Source: an uncultured Sulfuricella sp.
GTDB lineage: Bacteria; Pseudomonadota; Gammaproteobacteria; Burkholderiales; Sulfuricellaceae
Assembly (NCBI GenBank): GCA_964559825.1
Contig: CAZLJK010000003.1
Span: forward strand, 74,858 to 138,857
Direction of reading: 5' to 3'
DNA: 64,000 bases
Under the pieces are notes generated by a model that had not been told where the DNA came from, searched no databases, and saw only the letters and a list, made by a program, of their open reading frames with translations. The first letter of the stretch is position 1. Each line of letters opens with the position of its first letter. Shown here piece after piece: positions 41,507-50,144 of the stretch. The translations under genes and the position numbers were made by a program.

Positions 41507-42166
41507 ATGGCTGCCGTCACCCCCAAAAAGAAACTCTTCGAGAACTTCGCCCTGGTCGCGAAAGCGCTTGCCAGTGCCAATCGGCTTGAATTGCTGGAGG
41601 CTCTTGCACAAGGCGAGCGTGGCGTGGATGGGTTGGCGCAAGCCAGCGGCATGTCGGTAGCCAATACTTCCCACCACCTGCAAATCCTTCGCGGAGGCGG
41701 ACTGGTCCAGTCGCGCAAGGAGGGCACTCAGGTTATCTACAGTTTGACCGACGAAAAGGTGCTTGCACTGTTGGCGGGTATCCGCAATGTGGCTGAACAA
41801 CACTTGGCTGAAGTGGAGCGCATCGTCCGCGAGAACTTTGAGAGCCGTGACAACTTGACTCCCGTCCGTCGAGATGAGCTTCTAGGGTTGGTGAAATCCG
41901 GGGAGGCGATGGTGATTGATGTTCGTCCCTCCGCTGAATATGATGCCGGCCATATTGCAGGGGCGGTCAATATCCCGATTGAATCCCTGCCGGACCGGCT
42001 AAGCCAATTGCCTCACGATCAGGAGATTGTTGCCTACTGCCGCGGCCCTTATTGCATGCTGGCCTTCGATGCGGTTGAACAGCTGCGCCAGCTCGGCTAC
42101 CGTGCCCGCCGACTGGAAGACGGCTTCCCAGAGTGGAAGGTCGATCACCTTCCTGTCGGCCGCTAA
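41507..42166 (+). CDS. ArsR/SmtB transcription factor fused to a rhodanese domain
   Basis: KALASANRLELLEAL...ANTSHHLQIL HTH; rhodanese IDVRP..EYDAGHIAGA and YCRGPYC. Confidence 0.93.
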   Translation: MAAVTPKKKLFENFALVAKALASANRLELLEALAQGERGVDGLAQASGMSVANTSHHLQILRGGGLVQSRKEGTQVIYSLTDEKVLALLAGIRNVAEQHLAEVERIVRENFESRDNLTPVRRDELLGLVKSGEAMVIDVRPSAEYDAGHIAGAVNIPIESLPDRLSQLPHDQEIVAYCRGPYCMLAFDAVEQLRQLGYRARRLEDGFPEWKVDHLPVGR

Positions 42167-42233
42167 TTCCCCTTACAAAAATCGTTCCAACTAGCGTCGA
42201 TCTCCAGGTCGTCTAGCTATCCAGAAAATTAGC

Positions 42234-42288
42234 TTGACGACTTTGCGGTTATTGCCGAATAATATATTCAAATATTCATTTGATTATA
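42234..42288 (+). promoter_or_regulatory. Putative sigma70 promoter plus ArsR operator 2 upstream of the persulfide dioxygenase operon
   Basis: TTGACG (42234)...AATAAT (42258), then ATTCAAA-N6-TTTGATT (42266-42285). Confidence 0.68.
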
Positions 42289-42317
42289 TTATTAACCCGT
42301 AACGCGGAGGAGATAAG

Positions 42318-43055
42318 ATGTTTTTCAGGCAACGTTTAGCCAAGGAAGCCACCCTGTCCTATCTGCTCGGCTGCGGATCATGTGGTGTTTCGGTGGCGGT
42401 GGACCCGGTTGCGGGTGACGAGGATTGGTTTACCGAAGAGGCCGCCAGGCAAAACGTCAAGATCACCCATGTCTTTGACACCCACGTTCATGCCGATCAC
42501 TACTCGGGCGGGCGAGCGCTGGCCGAGAAGTCAGGCGCCCAATACTGCCTGCATGAAGCCAACCAGGGGCGGGTGCAGTTCCCTTTCCATGCGCTTTCGG
42601 ACGGGGAAACCATAGCGGTGGGCAACGTCGCAGTGAAGGTGATGCATACGCCCGGCCATACCCCTGACAGCCTATGCCTGACCGTCACCGACAAGCGCCG
42701 CAGCGCCGAACCCTGGTTCGTGCTCACCGGCGACACCCTGTTCGTGGGCAGCATCGGCCGCCCCGATCTGGCGGGCAAGGGCAGGGAATGGGCGGAGCAG
42801 CTGTTCGACAGCCTGCATGCGCAGCTGATGTCCCTGCCTGATGAAGTGGAGGTTTTTCCCGGCCATACCTCCGGCAGCGTTTGCGGTGCGGGAATTTCCG
42901 GCAAACCTTCCTCCACGGTTGGATTTGAAAAGCGTTTCAATACCGGCCTGAAAATGACCAGCAAGGACGAGTTCGTCAGTTACATTCTGTCCGACATCCC
43001 TCCCCGCCCGGCGGAAATGGAACGCATCGTGGCTGTCAATCTGGGGGCGGCATGA
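42318..43055 (+). CDS. Persulfide dioxygenase-like MBL-fold protein
   Basis: FDTHVHADH, HTPGHTP, LTGDTLFVGSIGRPDL, PGHTSGSVCG. Confidence 0.88.
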   Translation: MFFRQRLAKEATLSYLLGCGSCGVSVAVDPVAGDEDWFTEEAARQNVKITHVFDTHVHADHYSGGRALAEKSGAQYCLHEANQGRVQFPFHALSDGETIAVGNVAVKVMHTPGHTPDSLCLTVTDKRRSAEPWFVLTGDTLFVGSIGRPDLAGKGREWAEQLFDSLHAQLMSLPDEVEVFPGHTSGSVCGAGISGKPSSTVGFEKRFNTGLKMTSKDEFVSYILSDIPPRPAEMERIVAVNLGAA

Positions 43056-44371
43056 GCCACACTTTGCGCAATGGATACCAGGAGTACCGCCATGGTATTC
43101 GCGAAAACTTTGCGCAATTTTCCCACCAGCTGCTTCAGGTATTTCTGGTCGGAATGACCATCGGCATGATGCGTACCGTAGTGCCGGCTCTGGGCGAGAC
43201 CGAATTCGGCGTGCCCAAGGGCTCCTTCATGTTGCTGACCACCTTCGTGGTGGCTTTCGGCTTCGTCAAGGGCACGCTTAATTTCGTTGCCGGACGCCTG
43301 TCCGAGCGCATCGGGCGGCAAAAGGTGTTGCTGCTGGGCTGGGCAGCGGCATTGCCGATCCCGTTCATGATTCTTTATGCGCCCAACTGGAACTGGATTG
43401 TCGCCGCAACCGTGCTGCTGGGCGTGAATCAGGGCCTGACCTGGTCCATGACCCAAACCGCCAAGCTGGACATCACCCGGCCCGATCAAAGAGGCTTTGT
43501 GATCGGACTGAATGAATTCTCCGGCTATGTCGGTCTGGCAGTTGCAGGCATCATCACCGGTTACATGGCGACTGCCTATGGGCCGCGCCATGGGCTGCTG
43601 ATATTTGGCGTTGCGGTGATTATTCTGGCCGCGCTACTCACCATCCTGTGGGTCAAGGACACCTTGCCCTGGGCCAAGGCGGAAGGCGCCAAGCATGCCG
43701 CCGGGCAGTCCACCGGACCGAAACCGCGCTATCCCGCCAACATCGCCGACCAACCCACCACCTGGGAGGTATTCTCCCTCATGTCGTGGCGCGACAAGCG
43801 CATGGCTTCCATCAGCCAGGCAGGCCTGGTGGAGAAATTCGTGGATGCCCTGGTCTGGGTGTTTTATCCGGTTTTTCTTTACGGCCATGGACTATCCCTG
43901 GCCAGCATTGGCTGGGTGATCGGCGTATACGGCTTCGTCTGGGGCGGTTCCCAGTTCTTCACCGGCAAACTCTCCGACCATATCGGCAGGCAGAAGCCCA
44001 TCGTATGGGGCATGTGGTTATGCGGTGCAGGAGTGGCGATGATGCTCCTGGGCCAAGGCGTCGCCTGGTGGTCCTTGTCGGCAGCCGTGTCCGGCCTCGG
44101 CATGGCGCTGCTGTACCCCAACCTGTCAGCAGCCGTATCCGATATCGCCCACCCCAACTGGCGCGGCTCGGCCATCGGCATCTACCGCTTCTGGCGCGAC
44201 CTTGGCTATGGCATTGGGGCCTTGGCGCTAGGGATCGTGGCGAGCTTTAGCGGTGCCATCGAGGAAGCTTTCTGGTTCGTCGCTGTCTGCATGTTCCTCT
44301 CAGGTCTGGTCGTCCGGATTTGGGGAGAAGAAACTCATCCGCGGCTCAACCCCGCGCCCGCAATTAACTAA
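43052..44371 (+). CDS. MFS transporter
   Basis: About 12 hydrophobic segments; GRLSERIGRQK and GKLSDHIGRQK MFS motif A. Confidence 0.93.
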   Translation: MSHTLRNGYQEYRHGIRENFAQFSHQLLQVFLVGMTIGMMRTVVPALGETEFGVPKGSFMLLTTFVVAFGFVKGTLNFVAGRLSERIGRQKVLLLGWAAALPIPFMILYAPNWNWIVAATVLLGVNQGLTWSMTQTAKLDITRPDQRGFVIGLNEFSGYVGLAVAGIITGYMATAYGPRHGLLIFGVAVIILAALLTILWVKDTLPWAKAEGAKHAAGQSTGPKPRYPANIADQPTTWEVFSLMSWRDKRMASISQAGLVEKFVDALVWVFYPVFLYGHGLSLASIGWVIGVYGFVWGGSQFFTGKLSDHIGRQKPIVWGMWLCGAGVAMMLLGQGVAWWSLSAAVSGLGMALLYPNLSAAVSDIAHPNWRGSAIGIYRFWRDLGYGIGALALGIVASFSGAIEEAFWFVAVCMFLSGLVVRIWGEETHPRLNPAPAIN

Positions 44372-44383
44372 CAGGATCCCCTC

Positions 44384-44854
44384 ATGAAACCGGCTCAACT
44401 CATTTCCTCATTACTCCTCGTGGCATGCTCATCCCTGATGCTGCCGACAGTCTCCCTCGCCGCCGACAACGCGGCGGTAAAGGCCATGGGGGAGTATTTC
44501 GAATTCTCCGAATACGGCGGCGCCACCATCCTGCCCGAACAGATCCCGGCCGCAGACTGGAAAAATGTCTACGTGATCGACACCCGCGACGCCGACCAAT
44601 ACAAAAAGGCCCACATTCCCGGCGCCGTGAACATCGACTGGCGGCAAGTTCTCGGCCGCCGTGCCGAACTACCCGAAGACAGAATGGTGCTGGTGTACTG
44701 CAATTCCGGCACGCTCTCCGCTCAGGCCGGCTTGGCGCTGCGCGTGGCGGGCATGGAAAACGTGCGCATCTTGCAGGGCGGATTCAACGAGTGGAAAGCA
44801 AAGGGCGGGTTCGACGCCTACCGGCGCGCAATACGGAGTTCTGGCAAAAAGTAA
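44384..44854 (+). CDS. Exported single-domain rhodanese
   Basis: Signal peptide; IDTRD..QYKKAHIPGA; VLVYCNSGTLS active-site loop. Confidence 0.88.
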   Translation: MKPAQLISSLLLVACSSLMLPTVSLAADNAAVKAMGEYFEFSEYGGATILPEQIPAADWKNVYVIDTRDADQYKKAHIPGAVNIDWRQVLGRRAELPEDRMVLVYCNSGTLSAQAGLALRVAGMENVRILQGGFNEWKAKGGFDAYRRAIRSSGKK

Positions 44855-44899
44855 AGAGCAGGCACATCAAATCCATACCTATAAATCGAGGAGATCGAC

Positions 44900-45340
44900 A
44901 TGTTGTTAAATAAATTCAAATTTTTACTTGCGCTGCTGCTGGCATTCGCGGCGCTTCCCAATGTTTCCTACGCTGGCGGCCCCCCGGGCCAGGCGGTGTT
45001 CAACGGCCAGAAAGTGCTTACCCTGATCGGTCGCGATCCGCCCGGGGTGCGTTGCAACAACAACATGCAGATTGCCGCCGAGTTGGCCAATATTTACAAG
45101 CTGCCGGTTCAGATCATCCCGGTGACATTCGCCGGCGCCGGCGCCAAGGCGCCGGCAGTGTACTACGGCGATCAGTTGGTCGCGGTGGACGAGGGCGAGC
45201 TGAACGGCATGGTGAGCTATGCCGAAATCGCCGATATCCTGGAAATCGAGGGTGTGCCGAAACAGGAGCAGCAGGGGCGCCTGATGGAAATCAAAAAAGA
45301 TTTCGACGGCCTCAAAGCGGCGATCAAGGACGTTAAATAG
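44900..45340 (+). CDS. Exported hypothetical protein with a single Cys (possible thioredoxin-like fold)
   Basis: Signal peptide, GGAG RBS, PPGVRCNNN motif, later KAPAVYYGD; fold is inference. Confidence 0.7.
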   Translation: MLLNKFKFLLALLLAFAALPNVSYAGGPPGQAVFNGQKVLTLIGRDPPGVRCNNNMQIAAELANIYKLPVQIIPVTFAGAGAKAPAVYYGDQLVAVDEGELNGMVSYAEIADILEIEGVPKQEQQGRLMEIKKDFDGLKAAIKDVK

Positions 45341-45370
45341 CGGCCAGCACGGAGATAAGGAGTACAAATA

Positions 45371-45754
45371 ATGCTTACGAGAACGCCGGGAAGGTTTTTG
45401 TTTGTGGTCACAGCGTTTCTGGCGCTGCTGACCAGCCAGGTCTTCAGCGGGGAACTGGCACAACTGAAGGGCAGGATCGTCGGGGAGAAATGCGCGCAAC
45501 TTGGAAAAATCGGCGAGTGCTATCTCAAGTGGGCAAATCCGATGGTGTTCTGGACTGAAGAAGGGGACTACTACGCCATCGACCTGTCCGGCAAGAGTGG
45601 CGTGGCCGAGGAAAAATTCGACGAAGCATTCGGTCAGGAAGTCGAGCTCCAGGGTGAAATTCTGAAAAAAGGGGAGAAGGAGCAGATACGGGTTGCACAA
45701 CTCAAAATTCTGAAACCCGTTGCCGGCAAAGAATTTTTCAAGGGATGACTGTAA
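45371..45754 (+). CDS. Exported small protein, candidate selenoprotein ending KEFFKG-Sec-L (stop at 45748 if UGA is not recoded)
   Basis: Signal peptide; C-x8-C; TGA 45746-45748 followed by CTG TAA and a SECIS-like hairpin. The CDS itself is well supported; Sec read-through is inferred. Confidence 0.7.
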
Positions 45755-45790
45755 ACCCAGATCCCCGGGTGGGATCGAAAAGAGCAGTAA
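45746..45790 (+). promoter_or_regulatory. Putative bacterial SECIS element
   Basis: TGA + 11 nt (CTGTAAACCCA) + 17-nt hairpin GATCCC-CGGGT-GGGATC (45760-45776); lower stem ACTG(T) 45748-52 pairs with (G)CAGT 45784-88. Confidence 0.62.
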
Positions 45791-45837
45791 AAACAGAGCG
45801 TCTCGATATATTCAGCAGTTGGGTGGCAGGAGAAAAC

Positions 45838-46743
45838 ATGAGGTTTGGACATTGGCGATTCCAGCATTTTCTGCTTGCGGCCGTTCTTGCCCTGAGCGGC
45901 GCGGCAGCTTCGGCGGGGCAGAATTATGCCAGGCCCGAGCTTTTGATCGAAACCGAGGAGCTGGCGAAAATTCTCGGTCAGCCCAACGTCAGGCTAATTG
46001 ATGCCGCTGAAGGCGCTGGCTACCAGCGGGCGCATATTGCGGGCGCGGTCAATATTTACTATCTCGATCTCTCCAGGCTCGATGAGCGCAAGAAAAACGG
46101 TTTTCCCCTGAGCCAGGCTGAAGCGGAGAGGGTGTTCGGCGCTGCCGGGATCGATGCCGCCACGCAGGTCATCATCTACGATAGCGGTGAAGGAAATTCT
46201 GCATCGGGAGTGTGGTTTGTGCTCGACTTTTTCGGCCACAAAAACGTCAAGGTGCTAAATGGGGGGTTTCGCAAGTGGCTGAAGGAAAACCGCCTTGTAA
46301 CCCAGGACGTACCCGCACCCGAGAGGAAGAAATTTACCGCAAAGCCTGACGCCGGGCGCATCGTGACGCGAGCCTGGATGGAGAAAAATCTGCAAACCAA
46401 GGAAGCCATGGTGGTGGATACGCGCTCGTTCAATGAGTTTATTGGCAAGGACATGCGCCCAGGCGCCTCGCGTGGCGGACACATCCCCGGCGCGACCCAT
46501 CTCGAATGGACCCGGTTTTCAGACAAGCTGAATAGCTTCAAATCTGCCGAGCAAATCGAAAAGGCACTCAACCAGCGCGGCATCACCAGGGATACCAAGG
46601 TCGTCACCTATTGCCAGTCCGGCATTGGACGCTCTACCGATGTGGCTCTGGCGATGAAACTGATCGGCTACGACAATGTGGTCGAGTATTCAGGTTCATG
46701 GGAAGAGTGGTCGGTCGACCCGCGCTTACCTATCGAACGTTAA
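45838..46743 (+). CDS. Exported two-domain sulfurtransferase (rhodanese/MST family)
   Basis: AGGAG RBS + signal peptide; YQRAHIAGA, RGGHIPGA, VVTYCQSGIGRS, YSGSWEEW. Confidence 0.9.
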   Translation: MRFGHWRFQHFLLAAVLALSGAAASAGQNYARPELLIETEELAKILGQPNVRLIDAAEGAGYQRAHIAGAVNIYYLDLSRLDERKKNGFPLSQAEAERVFGAAGIDAATQVIIYDSGEGNSASGVWFVLDFFGHKNVKVLNGGFRKWLKENRLVTQDVPAPERKKFTAKPDAGRIVTRAWMEKNLQTKEAMVVDTRSFNEFIGKDMRPGASRGGHIPGATHLEWTRFSDKLNSFKSAEQIEKALNQRGITRDTKVVTYCQSGIGRSTDVALAMKLIGYDNVVEYSGSWEEWSVDPRLPIER

Positions 46744-46772
46744 CATGAAACTCGCGAAGCGAGCCTGCGTCC

Positions 46773-46806
46773 CTCTCTCCCTCTGGGAGAGAGTAAGGAG
46801 AGAGGG
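46773..46806. repeat. REP-like palindrome (same style as 10397)
   Basis: CTCTCTCCC-TCT-GGGAGAGAG followed by TAAGGAGAGAGGG. Confidence 0.6.
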
Positions 46807-46819
46807 CAACGGGCAAATC

Positions 46820-47344
46820 ATGAAGTATCCGGTTCACGCGTTGCTGGCGCTGTTCGTCCTGCTTATCCCGGTCATGGCTACTGCGGGAGCGCTCACGCCC
46901 GTCAAGGGTGAGATGCTGGCGAGCGACTTCGTCACGAGGGATTTGGCGGGGCGCACGGTACGCTTCAATACCTTTCAGGGCAAGGTGGTGGTACTCAATT
47001 TCTGGGCCACCTGGTGCTCGAATTGCCGCAAGGAGATGCCCTCGATGGAGGTGCTCCATCAGTCTTATAAAAACCAGGGGCTGGTGGTGCTGGCGGTGTC
47101 GCAGGATCAGGTGAGCGCGCGCACCGTGCAGGCCTATGTGGATGAACTCAAGCTGAGCTTCCCGGTGTGGCACGACCGAGACGGGCTGATCGGCAGGCAG
47201 TACGGCATCTCCGGCGTACCGGTGTCGTATCTGATCGGGGCGGACGGGCGCATCGCCTATCGTGTGACCGGCGATTACGACTGGTTCGGGGCGGAGGCGC
47301 GCGCGGCGGTAGAGACGCTGCTCGCGGCGCGCGCTTCACGTTAA
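46820..47344 (+). CDS. TlpA/ResA-like thiol-disulfide oxidoreductase
   Basis: Signal/TM segment; GKVVVLNFWATWCSNCRKEMP; GVPVSYLIG. Confidence 0.92.
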   Translation: MKYPVHALLALFVLLIPVMATAGALTPVKGEMLASDFVTRDLAGRTVRFNTFQGKVVVLNFWATWCSNCRKEMPSMEVLHQSYKNQGLVVLAVSQDQVSARTVQAYVDELKLSFPVWHDRDGLIGRQYGISGVPVSYLIGADGRIAYRVTGDYDWFGAEARAAVETLLAARASR

Positions 47345-47380
47345 ACAAACCACGTTCAATAAAAAAGGGACGCAAACGCC

Positions 47381-50134
47381 ATGGTCGACAGACGTGATTT
47401 TCTGAAACTTTCCGGCACGGGCCTGTGCGCATTCGCGCTCGGCCTGTCCGAGGAATTGCAGGCGCGGATTCTCTCGGTGGATGATCCGCTGGTCTCCTAC
47501 CCCGACCGCTCGTGGGAGGATTTCTACCGCAAGGAGTTCGTCGGGACGCGCGGCAATGCTCAGGGTTTTGCCTTTCACTGCTCCAACTGCCAGGGCAACT
47601 GCGCTTTTCGCGTGTTCGCCAAGGATGGCGTCGTGACGCGCGAGGAACAGCTTGCGCAATACCCGCAGATCAGCCCGGACATTCCCGACCCCAATCCGCG
47701 CGGCTGCAACAAGGGAACCATCCACTCCCAGGCCATGTACGAGAAGGATCGGCTGCTCTACCCGCTCAAGCGTGCGGGCGCTCGCGGAGAGGGCAAGTGG
47801 CAGCGCATTTCCTGGGATCAGGCCATGGGTGAAATTGCGGAGAAGATCGTGGACACCCTGGCGGAACACGGTCCGGGCGGACTCCTGCTTTACGCCGGCA
47901 CCGGGATCGTGTCGCAGGGCCGGCGCGCGGGGCCGTTGCGCCTGGGGTCGCTGCTCGGTTCGACTCGCCTCTACCCATCCAGCGCGGTCGGCGACATGTT
48001 TACCGGCGCCGCGCTGGCCTATGGCATTCCCAACGTGGGCACTTCGCTCGATGCCTGGTTCGAGATGGACTACATCGTGTTGTGGGGCTTCAATCCCAAC
48101 GTGACCCGCATTCCGGACGCCCATTATCTTTGGGAAGCGAAGTGGCGCGGCGCCAAAATCGTGGTGATCTCGCCGGACTATAATCCCACCGCCATCCACG
48201 CCGACTGGTGGATACCCATCACGCCCGGCTCCGACAGTTTCCTCGCCATGTCGCTGGTGCATGTAGTGCTGAAAGAAAAGCTGTACAAGGAAGACTTTAT
48301 CCGCGAGCAGACCGACCTGCCCTTCCTGGTGCGCGAGGATACGGGCATGCTCCTGCGCCTCTCCGACCTGCGCAAGGATAGCAAGAACGATGTATTTTAT
48401 TGCTGGGACGAAGTGAGCGGTGCAGCCGTCGTCATGCCCGGTTCCCAGGGGCATTTCAGGAAGACCCTGCGGCTGGGCGCGATTCGTCCGGCGCTTACCG
48501 GTCGCTACGAGGTGAAGGGCCACGACGGCAAGATGATCCCGGTCACCACCGCGTTCGAAAAAGTACGCGCCGAAGCGGAAAAATACTCACCCGAGAAAAC
48601 GCAGGCGCAGACCGGCATTTCCCCTGCGCTGGTGACCAAGCTGGCACGCGAATATGCCGCGGCGCATGACCCCGGCCTCACCATCGGCTTCTCGCTGCAT
48701 AAGTACGCCTGGGGCATACTCACCTGCTGGGCGCAAGCCCTGTTTTGCGCGCTCACCGGCCATGACGCGGTGGACACCGAGCATCAGTGGAGCCTGGGCG
48801 GCCTCGGGCCAATGACCGCGCCTAAACCCGCGCGCTTCGAATCCGGGTTTCTGGGCGAGTGGTTTTCGGGGCGCATGTGGGAGACTTTCGAGCGTCACTA
48901 CGCCGGGGAAGAATTCAAGCAGCGCACCGGCATCACACCGGACGATCTGGTGAAACTGGCCGAGCGCTCGCGCGATGACAAGTGGCACACCAATTATGTC
49001 GAACCGAAAATCCGCATCCTGTTCGGCGACAATATTTTCCGCCGTAACAAGTCCTCGGAGCATTACCGCAAGACCGTGCTGGATGCGACCGAACTTTACG
49101 TCAACGTCAACTTTCGTATGGATTCCTCGGCGGAATACGCCGACTACGTGCTGCCCGCCATCAGCCACTACGAAGGCTGGGACATACGCGGCGAGGTCGG
49201 TTATCACCGTTACGCCAATCTGACCGTGCCGCCAAAGGATTTGAAGCCGGTCGGCGAGACCAAGCCGGAGTGGGAGATATGCCGACTGCTGGCCGAACAT
49301 ATCGAGGCGAAAGCGAAGCTGCGGGGTCTCGGCCAGATCAAGGACCCGCTTTTCACCATGAAGAAGGATGGCAAGGACATCCCGATCACGCGCGATCTCG
49401 ATACGCTGGTTTTCGATTTCACCATGCAGGGCAAGGTCAACACCGACAAGGATGTGGTGAAGTGGCAGATCGAGAATGTCCCCGCTTTCCAGCCATGGAA
49501 ATTCGAGGATGCGATCGAGCGCGGCTTTCTCGTACTTAACAACAGCGCCGGTCTGACCTCGCCCCTGTATGCCGACAAGCCTTACCGTTCGTTCGAGGAG
49601 CAATTCCACCTCAAGCGCCCCTACCCGACGCTCTCCGGTCGCCAGCAGTTCTACATCGACCAGGAAACATTCGCCAAACTCGGTTGCAGCGTGCCCACGG
49701 CGCGGGAAGGACTGCACCCCTCGCGCTTCCCGCTCAAGTTTTATTCGCCGCATGCGCGCTGGGGCATTCACTCCACCTGGCGCAGCAACAAATACATGCT
49801 GCGCATGCAGCGGGGCGTGCCCCATCTCAACCTCAATCCGCAGGATGCCACCCAGCGCGGCATCCAGGATGGCGACACGGTGCGCGTTTTCAATGATATC
49901 GGCGAATTCCGGGCGATGGCCAGGATCATGCCCAGCCTGCAACCCGGCACGCTCATGATGGATCATGCCTGGGAGCCGCATCAGTTCCTCAAACGCATGG
50001 GCATGGATGCGCCGGTCGCCGGGTTGCTCTCTCCGCTCGAGCTTGCGGGCGGCTGGGGTCATCTCAAATTCGGCGCGGAATGGGACGGTAACCAGCTTGC
50101 CCACGAATCCACTGTTGACGTAGCGAAAGTCTGA
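47381..50134 (+). CDS. DMSO reductase family type II molybdoenzyme, alpha subunit (Tat-exported)
   Basis: DRRDFLK Tat motif; FS0 motif HCSNCQGNC...PRGCNKG; RLLYPLKRAGARGEGKWQRISWDQA; candidate Asp ligand in SAVGDMFTG; C-terminal SPHARWGIHSTW. Confidence 0.93.
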   Translation: MVDRRDFLKLSGTGLCAFALGLSEELQARILSVDDPLVSYPDRSWEDFYRKEFVGTRGNAQGFAFHCSNCQGNCAFRVFAKDGVVTREEQLAQYPQISPDIPDPNPRGCNKGTIHSQAMYEKDRLLYPLKRAGARGEGKWQRISWDQAMGEIAEKIVDTLAEHGPGGLLLYAGTGIVSQGRRAGPLRLGSLLGSTRLYPSSAVGDMFTGAALAYGIPNVGTSLDAWFEMDYIVLWGFNPNVTRIPDAHYLWEAKWRGAKIVVISPDYNPTAIHADWWIPITPGSDSFLAMSLVHVVLKEKLYKEDFIREQTDLPFLVREDTGMLLRLSDLRKDSKNDVFYCWDEVSGAAVVMPGSQGHFRKTLRLGAIRPALTGRYEVKGHDGKMIPVTTAFEKVRAEAEKYSPEKTQAQTGISPALVTKLAREYAAAHDPGLTIGFSLHKYAWGILTCWAQALFCALTGHDAVDTEHQWSLGGLGPMTAPKPARFESGFLGEWFSGRMWETFERHYAGEEFKQRTGITPDDLVKLAERSRDDKWHTNYVEPKIRILFGDNIFRRNKSSEHYRKTVLDATELYVNVNFRMDSSAEYADYVLPAISHYEGWDIRGEVGYHRYANLTVPPKDLKPVGETKPEWEICRLLAEHIEAKAKLRGLGQIKDPLFTMKKDGKDIPITRDLDTLVFDFTMQGKVNTDKDVVKWQIENVPAFQPWKFEDAIERGFLVLNNSAGLTSPLYADKPYRSFEEQFHLKRPYPTLSGRQQFYIDQETFAKLGCSVPTAREGLHPSRFPLKFYSPHARWGIHSTWRSNKYMLRMQRGVPHLNLNPQDATQRGIQDGDTVRVFNDIGEFRAMARIMPSLQPGTLMMDHAWEPHQFLKRMGMDAPVAGLLSPLELAGGWGHLKFGAEWDGNQLAHESTVDVAKV

Positions 50135-50144
50135 GGAAGAAGAA

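Noticed and set aside
45745-45837. 31-aa N-terminal extension of the sulfurtransferase from ATG 45745
   Set aside because: It would bury the signal peptide, and a strong AGGAG RBS precedes ATG 45838. It is kept only as the alternative explanation to the SECIS.
47381-50134. Mo alpha subunit as the selenoprotein served by selABC
   Set aside because: The ORF is continuous with no in-frame TGA, and the candidate Mo ligand is Asp.
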